DNA of 25,381 nt from a virus (lineage: Duplodnaviria > Caudoviricetes), in the IMG/VR virus record IMGVR_UViG_3300010398_000044, positions 1 through 25,381 of that record; one strand, given 5' to 3'. Below are positions 18,129 to 24,190 of the stretch, one piece after another (within the stretch, counting starts at the first letter, position 1; each line of letters starts with the position of its first letter). The translations under genes were made by a program, and so were the position numbers. The notes under the pieces were generated by a model that saw only the letters and a list, made by a program, of their open reading frames with translations, ran no database searches and had not been told where the DNA came from.

Positions 18129-18541
18129 GCTCCGGGAAGGCCTTCCTGGCGGTCTTCCTTCAATTTCCTGGCCGCCTGGGCAGCTGGCCGGATTCTCTCC
18201 AGCTGGGCGATAATTTCTGGGGAGGCTTGCCGGATCCGCTTAATCCCGGCGATTCTCAGTGCCTCTGGCACCTTATCCTCTGCGATATCAAAGACTTTGG
18301 CATCCTGGACGATGCGTCCTTTCGAATTTGGGGAGGCATCGCCCTGCCAGACTTTGCCGGTAGGGTTGATGAGGGCGTGGAGGCGGGATTTAAACACCGG
18401 GGGGGCATCGAGGAGCATGAGGCAGATTTTGCCTGCATCGACCCAGAGGTGGCCGCGTTTACCGGGGACGATTTTATCGCCGCAGGAATCGAGGCGGGTA
18501 TGCAATCGGAAAGTTTCGGTGAGGGAGGTTAAGCTCGGCAT
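18125..18541 (-). CDS. Hypothetical phage protein (138 aa)
   Basis: Plausible composition (DSCGDKIVPGKRGHLW...QGD...AGIKRIR); converges on terS with a 4-nt overlap. Confidence 0.6.
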   Translation of the reverse strand: MPSLTSLTETFRLHTRLDSCGDKIVPGKRGHLWVDAGKICLMLLDAPPVFKSRLHALINPTGKVWQGDASPNSKGRIVQDAKVFDIAEDKVPEALRIAGIKRIRQASPEIIAQLERIRPAAQAARKLKEDRQEGLPGA

Positions 18542-18955
18542 ACTTTCCGATGCTAGCGCCCTCGCGCACCATTCGCACTAGTGCACACTATTTTGCTCTA
18601 GGTATTCTGCGGGCGGCCGGTGGCAGGGAGTTTCCACCGGCGCCCACCTGGACACTGCAGAAATTGCGTTATAAGCCCTTCTTGGTCCGGGTGCGTACTC
18701 CCCCACGGGAAAAAGCCTGCGATTCGCGTTTCACCCCGGAAAAACCAATTTATCCCCTCCTAACTTGTTGATTCTTATCAAAACGTAAAATCATCACAAA
18801 GGCCGTTTAGAGGCCCGTGGCTGCGGCGATTTGATTTTGCGCGGGTGCCCTATGTCCCGATCGATCCTGGCGCATCCTGCGCGATTGGCCCTTCGCCTGC
18901 TAAGGGAATTCGCCGTTTCACCCCTGAAGACCTGTTTCACCTCAATCCCTGGAGA

Positions 18956-18999
18956 TTTCACTCCTGCCCGGTAACTTTCATCCACATGCCAAGCATCTA
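18956..18999 (+). promoter_or_regulatory. Repeated promoter-like element P1
   Basis: TTTCAC-N8-GGTAAC-N17-GCATCTA; extra TTTCAC boxes at 18729, 18916 and 18935. Confidence 0.75.
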
Positions 19000-19008
19000 G
19001 TCGGTTAT

Positions 19009-19302
19009 ATGGACAACATCATCATCAGCGGCGGTTCCGAAAAACAAATCGCCTGGGCGAAGCGGATTGCGGCGGAATGGTTGAGCGAACTGGATACGGA
19101 AATCGCCAATGTTACCGCACGGCTACCCTACGGCGACGCCGTGGAGCCCTACTTGGCCGCATTGCGCGCCAAGCGGGAGGGATTGGTTGCGGGCCTGGGC
19201 AAGGCGACGGCCAAGCAGGTCATCGACCTGCGCGTGGCCAAGCGCAACCCGGTGCCGGGGCTGATTCGGGCGGCGCGGCAGGGTTTCACCCCGGCCCGGT
19301 AA
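19009..19302 (+). CDS. Hypothetical phage protein with GSEKQIAWA motif
   Basis: GSEKQIAWA is a recurrent phage motif. There is no SD and the ATG is 9 nt after P1, so it may be leaderless. Its TAA stop lies inside P2. Confidence 0.8.
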   Translation: MDNIIISGGSEKQIAWAKRIAAEWLSELDTEIANVTARLPYGDAVEPYLAALRAKREGLVAGLGKATAKQVIDLRVAKRNPVPGLIRAARQGFTPAR

Positions 19303-19326
19303 CTTTCCGCCAGATACATGCATCTA
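19284..19326 (+). promoter_or_regulatory. Repeated promoter-like element P2
   Basis: TTTCAC-N8-GGTAAC-N16-GCATCTA. Confidence 0.8.
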
Positions 19327-19356
19327 GTCAGTTGAAAGGGACGAACGGAACGAACG

Positions 19357-19542
19357 ATGAACACAGTGAAGCAAGCAATGAAGCAGGCCGATGCCCTCAC
19401 CCAGGGCTACATCCGCCGTAACCGGATCAGCGAATGGGATCTGGCCCACGAACCTGCCGCGCAGAACGAAGTGGACGCATTCTGGCAGGATGCCTTCCGC
19501 GAGGCCAAGGAGGATCTGCTGGCGGCGCAGGAGGCCGAGTAA
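19357..19542 (+). CDS. Small acidic hypothetical protein (61 aa)
   Basis: Follows P2; GC3-rich codons; stop is immediately followed by a hammerhead fold. Confidence 0.7.
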   Translation: MNTVKQAMKQADALTQGYIRRNRISEWDLAHEPAAQNEVDAFWQDAFREAKEDLLAAQEAE

Positions 19543-19606
19543 CTCCCCCGTCGATGGCCGCTGGGGAGCGGCCGAAACGCCCTGGTGCCGGGGCGTCGGG
19601 AGACCC
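19543..19606 (+). ncRNA. Type I hammerhead-ribozyme-like RNA, variant core (HH1)
   Basis: Stem I CUCCC/GGGAG; core CCGUCGA-U; stem II GGCCGCU-GGGG-AGCGGCC; GAAA; stem III ACGCCCUG/CGGGGCGU; GUC site with predicted cut after 19597; 3' ACCC can pair with loop II. Confidence 0.65.
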
Positions 19607-19618
19607 AAAGCAAACCAA

Positions 19619-19891
19619 ATGAAACGCAAACTTACATCGACCACGCCGTACGGCGTCGTATCCCGCACCACCGCCCGCAGCTACACCCATGTGGTTGTGG
19701 CGCGGCTGCATGACGGCACCATCCACGCCATGGCGTGGGCAGGCAGTCACCGGCTGGCCGCCGCGCAGATGCGGTACTGGGAGTTGCACCTGAAGTACCG
19801 CTTCGCGGCGGAACGGCTGCAGAGCTGGGAGCTGACGATATTCCCGGTGGATGCCATTGCCGATGCAGCCGCGTACCAGGAGGCCAAATGA
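19619..19891 (+). CDS. Hypothetical protein (90 aa, MKRKLTSTTPYG)
   Basis: ATG 19619 directly after HH1; SRTTARSYTHVVV motif; ATGA coupling to the next gene. Confidence 0.7.
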   Translation: MKRKLTSTTPYGVVSRTTARSYTHVVVARLHDGTIHAMAWAGSHRLAAAQMRYWELHLKYRFAAERLQSWELTIFPVDAIADAAAYQEAK

Positions 19892-20187
19892 CGCGCGCAG
19901 ACCAGATGGTACACACGGCGCGGCACCTGACGCCGCACGAAATCGACCGGCTGCTGGCCCGCTATGACCTCGCCGAGGCCGCCCGCGAGGCCATCCTGCA
20001 GGACCTGTACGACGAGATGGATGCGGCTATGGAGTACTTCTATAACGCACTCGCGGAGGGCCGTGCGCTGGCCGCCACGCCGCTGACGGCGTACGAGCGG
20101 TACCTGAAGACCAACCCGCTCTACACGGCGGCGCCTATGCCCCAGGACTGGGGCCGGGTGTGGCCCGAGGACGAAGTGCCGTTCTAG
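19888..20187 (+). CDS. Hypothetical protein (99 aa) ending EDEVPF
   Basis: GGAGG RBS and ATGA overlap; stop abuts P3. Confidence 0.7.
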   Translation: MTRADQMVHTARHLTPHEIDRLLARYDLAEAAREAILQDLYDEMDAAMEYFYNALAEGRALAATPLTAYERYLKTNPLYTAAPMPQDWGRVWPEDEVPF

Positions 20188-20188
20188 G

Positions 20189-20232
20189 TTTCACCCCCGG
20201 CCCGGTAACGCGCCAGCACATGCATGCATCTA
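20189..20232 (+). promoter_or_regulatory. Repeated promoter-like element P3
   Basis: TTTCAC-N9-GGTAAC-N16-GCATCTA, then TAGGGAGA-x-ACGATG. Confidence 0.8.
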
Positions 20233-20253
20233 TGGTAGTGTAGGGAGATAACG

Positions 20254-20556
20254 ATGAACACCAAACAGCAGGACATTCAAGCGGCGGATCAGGCCGTCAG
20301 AACTCTGATCGACTTTACCAACGGCTATTCGAGCACCGAGCTGGCCGGGATTATCCTGGGGCGGCTGCAGAACGAGCACCGCACGCTGCAGCAGAGTTTC
20401 TGGAGCGCCGTCAAGATCGCCGTCGAAGCCTACGCGGACCTGCCCGAGTACAGCTTCGACCTGCGCAACCAGGACGCGCGCCAGTGGGCGCAGGAGGTCA
20501 AGGCGCTCACCGCGGCGCCCGCGCCCCGGCTGCCGGGGCGGCTGGCGCGCATCTAG
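20254..20556 (+). CDS. Hypothetical protein (100 aa)
   Basis: GGGAG RBS; EHRTLQQSF...DLRN motif seen in small phage proteins. Confidence 0.75.
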   Translation: MNTKQQDIQAADQAVRTLIDFTNGYSSTELAGIILGRLQNEHRTLQQSFWSAVKIAVEAYADLPEYSFDLRNQDARQWAQEVKALTAAPAPRLPGRLARI

Positions 20557-20558
20557 AA

Positions 20559-20620
20559 CTCCCCCGACGAATGGCCCGTGGGGACGGGCCGAAACGGCCC
20601 GCAAGGCCGTCGGGAGACCC
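20559..20620 (+). ncRNA. Type I hammerhead-ribozyme-like RNA, variant core (HH2)
   Basis: Stem I CUCCC/GGGAG; core CCGACGA-AU; stem II GGCCCGU-GGGG-ACGGGCC; GAAA; stem III ACGGCC-CGCAA-GGCCGU; GUC with predicted cut after 20611; 3' ACCC. Compensatory changes relative to HH1. Confidence 0.72.
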
Positions 20621-20626
20621 AAACGA

Positions 20627-20791
20627 ATGAAGGAAGCCATTGAGCAGGAGATCGATTTCCTGCGCGAGCACATCAAGGCCCTGCGGCGCTTCGCCAACGG
20701 GATCGAGAACCAGATCGACCGCATGGAGACGCGCATCGACGATCTGCGGCGCGCGATTCAACCACCGCCGGTTTCACCCCCGGCCGGGTAA
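20627..20791 (+). CDS. Small coiled-coil protein (54 aa); not in the ORF track
   Basis: MKEAIEQEIDFLREHIKALRRFANGIENQIDRMETRIDDLRRAIQPPPVSPPAG. Its SD is the GGGAG of HH2 stem I, and its stop TAA lies in the GGTAAC of P4. Confidence 0.7.
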   Translation: MKEAIEQEIDFLREHIKALRRFANGIENQIDRMETRIDDLRRAIQPPPVSPPAG

Positions 20792-20815
20792 CCGGCCAGC
20801 ACATGCATGCATCTG
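20772..20815 (+). promoter_or_regulatory. Repeated promoter-like element P4
   Basis: TTTCAC-N9-GGTAAC-N16-GCATCTG, then TAGGGAGACACGATG (near-copy of P3). Confidence 0.8.
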
Positions 20816-20833
20816 ACGGTATAGGGAGACACG

Positions 20834-20980
20834 ATGATTCAAGTTTTATTCTATATTGGCCTCCTCCTTGAGTTGATTGGGACCCTGCTTGGGGTCATCC
20901 ACCCAACTTGGGTGGATGTGGGGGCGATTCTCGTAGCGGCTTGGCTGCTTCGTGTTACCTATTCAGGACCCGAGAAATGA
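20834..20980 (+). CDS. Small two-helix membrane protein (48 aa); not in the ORF track
   Basis: GGGAG RBS; MIQVLFYIGLLLELIGTLLGVIHPTWVDVGAILVAAWLLRVTYSGPEK; lower GC than its neighbours. Confidence 0.6.
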   Translation: MIQVLFYIGLLLELIGTLLGVIHPTWVDVGAILVAAWLLRVTYSGPEK

Positions 20981-20988
20981 GGATACAT

Positions 20989-21315
20989 ATGATTCTGAAC
21001 TGGAAAGCAACCGACGAAGAATTCAGTCTGGCCGCCCGCATTGCGGAGCGTGCCTTAGACGAACTGGCCAACGATCTGGAGCGCCTGGGGGTGAACAGCC
21101 CCCGGCGCAGGGGCGGGCTGCGGCGCGACTATCTCATGGACGTTTTGGCCACGCATCTCAACGGGCGCCCGCTCGATCTGGCGAGGCTGCTCGAAGCGAA
21201 ACGCACCGATTTCCTGCATGACGTGGTGGGCATACGCACCCACATCGACCGCGAGACCGGGCAGCTCAAGAACTGCTTCGTGCCACGTTACGCGGCGGCG
21301 GAGGTGCGGGCGTGA
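20989..21315 (+). CDS. DUF6874-like phage protein (108 aa; start MILNWK)
   Basis: GAGGA RBS; MDV.ATHLNGRPLDLARLL.A...DFLHDVVGI..HIDRETGQL..CFVPRY signature. Confidence 0.75.
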   Translation: MILNWKATDEEFSLAARIAERALDELANDLERLGVNSPRRRGGLRRDYLMDVLATHLNGRPLDLARLLEAKRTDFLHDVVGIRTHIDRETGQLKNCFVPRYAAAEVRA

Positions 21316-21533
21316 GCTTCGACAAACTCATGGCCGGGGCGACTGCCCAGGCCCGCAAGGAAGCGCTGGCCGAGACCCGGACAGCCCTGGAGGGCGCACG
21401 CCATGCCCTGGAGTTCCTGGAGCATCTGGGCTACACGACGGGCGGCGACATCCACGATGATCTCGCGCACACCGTGGCGTACCTGGAGCGGGTGGCGGCA
21501 GAGCTGCGGCCCGCTCGGGTGAAGGGGGTTTAA
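21312..21533 (+). CDS. Hypothetical protein (73 aa)
   Basis: GGAGG RBS and GTGA coupling. Confidence 0.7.
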   Translation: MSFDKLMAGATAQARKEALAETRTALEGARHALEFLEHLGYTTGGDIHDDLAHTVAYLERVAAELRPARVKGV

Positions 21534-21739
21534 TGAGCGACACCCCGAACGCACCGGGCAAGCCGGAGAAAACCATCGATGAACGCCTGGAGGCGCTGAC
21601 ACACTCGGTGGAATTGCTGGCCGAGATGCAGATCAAAACCGAGAAGGAGATCCGGCGGCTGGGGCGCTATGTGCGCATGATCGTGCTCGATCACGAGGCC
21701 CGGCTGCTGGCGATGGAAGGCAACGACGAGGACGAGTAA
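21533..21739 (+). CDS. Small coiled-coil protein (68 aa)
   Basis: TAATG coupling; TIDERLEALTHSVELL...DHEARL pattern. Confidence 0.75.
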   Translation: MSDTPNAPGKPEKTIDERLEALTHSVELLAEMQIKTEKEIRRLGRYVRMIVLDHEARLLAMEGNDEDE

Positions 21740-21751
21740 GGGAGAAATCGA

Positions 21752-21946
21752 ATGACATACTACGAAATTCAAACGCGCAATCCAAGTAACCCGCATCGGG
21801 TCTTCTGGACCGCTGACGGCCTGGGCGACGCCAACGAATTCGCCACAGTGGCGGAGGCCGAGGCCATGATCGCGCAGTTCCGGCAGTCGGACGATGCCTC
21901 CTGGCGCGAGAGCGAGTACCGCGTGGTGGAGATCAGGAGGCGTTAG
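21752..21946 (+). CDS. Hypothetical protein (64 aa)
   Basis: GGGAG RBS; YEIQTR...W...F.T..EAEA.I...YRVVE pattern. Confidence 0.7.
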   Translation: MTYYEIQTRNPSNPHRVFWTADGLGDANEFATVAEAEAMIAQFRQSDDASWRESEYRVVEIRRR

Positions 21947-21949
21947 TTG

Positions 21950-22005
21950 CGGCGCTGACGGTACCGCCCCCGCGCCGGGGCGGGTCCGCCAGCATCGGAC
22001 GCTGG
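21950..22005 (+). ncRNA. Intergenic structured RNA element (long bulged hairpin with an alternative 3' hairpin)
   Basis: GCUG/CAGC, CGG/CCG and CCGCCCC/GGGGCGG stack (21954-21993); competing CCAGC/GCUGG (21989-22005) next to the RBS. Confidence 0.4.
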
Positions 22006-22023
22006 GGAAGAGGAAAGAAAGCC

Positions 22024-22284
22024 ATGAAAGAGACGACGAAACAGATGCTGCGCGAGATCGACCGATTGCACGATTGGACCGAGGGGCAAGTGTACGGCGG
22101 CAGAGGGACGCAGCTCTCATCGACCGATACGTGTATCGTGTGCAGCTTGCGGCGGCATTATTTCAGCGACATTCAAAACGGGACTCAAAGCCGCTATCGC
22201 TTCAGCGATGGGGAGACCGGAGAGGATCTCTCCTTGCGGCAGGCGCTCGCCAGGGGGTGCGCGCAACTGGAGGTGACGAAGTGA
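22024..22284 (+). CDS. Hypothetical protein (86 aa; H...CxxC)
   Basis: Purine-rich RBS; HDW...CIVCSL possible Zn site. Confidence 0.7.
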   Translation: MKETTKQMLREIDRLHDWTEGQVYGGRGTQLSSTDTCIVCSLRRHYFSDIQNGTQSRYRFSDGETGEDLSLRQALARGCAQLEVTK

Positions 22285-22613
22285 GTGCGGCGCGGCACAC
22301 ATACCTGCTGATCCACCCCGACGGGCGCCTGGAGCGTGTCATCAGCGAGGGGCCGCTGGCGCTCGAACGCATGCAGGCGCTGGTGGGCGGCCATATCGAG
22401 CACGTCTTGATGGGGCCGCTGCTGGCGGCCATGGTCAACGAGGAGGGGCTGCTGCTGGAGCTGCCCCGCAACCGGGTATTCCGCTGCATCGCTGGCCCGG
22501 TGGTGCTGGGACGCGACGAGGGCGAGGAGTTCGCGGGCCTGCCGGAAGAGCAGTTGGCGCTGCTGGAGCAGGCGTACGGACCGGATTTCACGAGAGAGGA
22601 ACCGAATCAATGA
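22281..22613 (+). CDS. DUF3846-like protein (110 aa; GTG start)
   Basis: GGAGG RBS; LERMQALVGGHIEHV...MVNEEGLLLELPRN...IAGPVVL signature. Confidence 0.8.
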   Translation: MSAARHTYLLIHPDGRLERVISEGPLALERMQALVGGHIEHVLMGPLLAAMVNEEGLLLELPRNRVFRCIAGPVVLGRDEGEEFAGLPEEQLALLEQAYGPDFTREEPNQ

Positions 22614-22975
22614 GTGACGCGATGATCAGTGAATTCGACCGGCTGGTGGGAGCCCTGGAGGGGCTGCCGGACGTGACCAAGAGTAAGCCCACTACGTTAC
22701 GCGCCATGCTGCCGCTGATCGGCATCGCGCGATCTTACATCGTGCAAACGTACCGCCAGAAGGACAAGGGCGACACGATCTTTTTGGAGACGGTGGGCAG
22801 CGAGGGCTCGGTCCGCATCCCGATCCCGCCGCAGGTGGCTGACGCCATCGCACGGCAACGCGAGGCGCTGACCGGCAAGGTGCGCAGCAAGGCGGCCAAG
22901 GCCGTCGCGGCGGACCGCAAGGCGCGCGGCGAGCAACCGGCGTTTCTGGTAGCCAAGCGGAAGGAGCAGGCATGA
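22610..22975 (+). CDS. Hypothetical protein (121 aa)
   Basis: GAGGA RBS and ATGA coupling; basic C-terminus. Confidence 0.75.
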   Translation: MSDAMISEFDRLVGALEGLPDVTKSKPTTLRAMLPLIGIARSYIVQTYRQKDKGDTIFLETVGSEGSVRIPIPPQVADAIARQREALTGKVRSKAAKAVAADRKARGEQPAFLVAKRKEQA

Positions 22976-23286
22976 TTCCATGGGGCGCGGCGGTCCCAAT
23001 TTTCCTGGGTACACTGCCGCTTCTGTTCGTCATGGCTTGGAACATCGTGGAGATCAAAAGCTTTCGCGGAGAGGCCCGCGCGGAGTTCGCGCGGATCGGA
23101 ACGGAACTCACTCTCACTGCCATCCACACCGAGATTGCCAATATCCGCGAGCGGCTGGCCACGCGGTTCTTCCTGTGCCTGGGATGGTGCCTCATGTCCT
23201 TTTTCGTCGCATTCGCCACGATCATGTTCTCGGTCGTGTTCTGGGGCGCGTTAATCGGACATTTCCTCCAGAACCTTCCTAAGTAA
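22972..23286 (+). CDS. Membrane protein (N-terminal TM, coiled coil, C-terminal TM)
   Basis: AAGGAG RBS and ATGA coupling; hydrophobic segments at both ends. Confidence 0.6.
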   Translation: MIPWGAAVPIFLGTLPLLFVMAWNIVEIKSFRGEARAEFARIGTELTLTAIHTEIANIRERLATRFFLCLGWCLMSFFVAFATIMFSVVFWGALIGHFLQNLPK

Positions 23287-23288
23287 GG

Positions 23289-23357
23289 GTCGAAACGGCG
23301 CGCACCTGGGCGCCGTCTGCGCGGGCTGGTCACCGCGGCACTGACGATGACAGACCA
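23289..23357 (+). ncRNA. Type II hammerhead ribozyme (HH3)
   Basis: GUC-GAAA; stem III CGGCGC/GCGCCG; GUC site with predicted cut after 23317; stem I UGC-GCGG/CCGC-g-GCA; core CUGACGA-U-GAC; loop I UGGUC pairs with 3' GACCA as a pseudoknot. Confidence 0.85.
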
Positions 23358-23369
23358 AAAGGAAAAGGA

Positions 23370-23822
23370 ATGAAACGGATTTTGCTTTTGTCGATACTGG
23401 CCGCCGTGACTCTCGCGGCGGCGGACAACGATCATAGCGACTGGCTGACTAAAGGCGCGCTGAATGGCTACGCCTGGGAGGGCGCACTTGGCAGCCATGA
23501 CCGGAAGGTCTGCTATGTGAGCGGCATGCTGGACACGTACCTCATGTGGGATACCGAGTCCAGCAAGGCGTCCGACGTTGGCCGGTTGACCCGTGGTGAG
23601 ACAGCAGACCAGATCGACATCTTCTACAAGGATGCGGCCAACGGGCGCGTGCCGGTCTTTCTGTCTCTGATCTGGGTCCATGCCAGAGTCGGAGGCGCAT
23701 CGCCCCAAGACCTGGAGGATATCGCCGCTTTATTGCGGCGCTCGGCGGCAACAGATACGGCGCCCGCGGGCACGGCGGCAAAGGCCCCGGCCAAGGCGCC
23801 GGTCAAAGGGGTGGGGATATGA
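23370..23822 (+). CDS. Secreted/periplasmic helical protein
   Basis: Signal peptide MKRILLLSILAAVTLAAA; CYVSGMLD...DQIDIFYKD..N..VPV; AAGGA RBS. Confidence 0.75.
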   Translation: MKRILLLSILAAVTLAAADNDHSDWLTKGALNGYAWEGALGSHDRKVCYVSGMLDTYLMWDTESSKASDVGRLTRGETADQIDIFYKDAANGRVPVFLSLIWVHARVGGASPQDLEDIAALLRRSAATDTAPAGTAAKAPAKAPVKGVGI

Positions 23823-23833
23823 GGGAGGCAATC

Positions 23834-24037
23834 ATGAAACTATACGAATACAGTCCGGCCTGGGACCTGTCCACGATCCCCGACGACGCGTTGCGGAGCG
23901 AGTGGGCGTCACGTAACGCGCGGAAGCGGAAAACCTACACCGGCGGCATCTACTGGGCCAAGCACAACCCCGACTGGCCCGGCTGCCGCTGCGTGGACTG
24001 CATCCGGCGGCGGCTGGCGGAGGCCCGGTCGCGCTAA
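23834..24037 (+). CDS. Small basic protein with H...GCRCxxC Zn motif (67 aa)
   Basis: GGGAGG RBS before ATG 23834; KHNPDWPGCRCVDC. Confidence 0.65.
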   Translation: MKLYEYSPAWDLSTIPDDALRSEWASRNARKRKTYTGGIYWAKHNPDWPGCRCVDCIRRRLAEARSR

Positions 24038-24070
24038 ACTGGAGTCCTACACTCTATCTTGTGATCTGAC

Positions 24071-24120
24071 AACCCGCCGGGTCTCGACCGAAAGCTCCTT
24101 TCGCCCGGCGGGTTTTTTTT
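24071..24120 (+). terminator. Rho-independent terminator ending the small-gene array
   Basis: AACCCGCCGGG/CCCGGCGGGTT stem enclosing a CGAAAG/CTTTCG hairpin, followed by T8. Confidence 0.75.
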
Positions 24121-24141
24121 CGCCCTGTTGAGGTGACGCGC

Positions 24142-24177
24142 GGGTGAAATTCACTTCCCCTGACATGCATGTATCTA
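24142..24177 (+). promoter_or_regulatory. Degenerate copy (P5) of the repeated element upstream of the recombinase
   Basis: GGGTGAAA (inverted TTTCACCC) within the palindrome GTGAAATTCAC, then ACATGCATGTATCTA; lacks GGTAAC. Confidence 0.6.
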
Positions 24178-24190
24178 GGACAATAAGACC

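Noticed and set aside
20549-20556. GCATCTAG just before HH2 as another promoter copy
   Set aside because: No GGTAAC or TTTCAC at the expected distance; it is the last codons and stop of the gene.
18956-20815. Repeats as a CRISPR array or integron attC sites
   Set aside because: The spacers are whole genes of 300-900 bp, the repeats are degenerate and promoter-shaped, and there are no cas genes. There is no RYYYAAC...GTTRRRY attC pairing, and the recombinase shows no obvious IntI-specific insertion.
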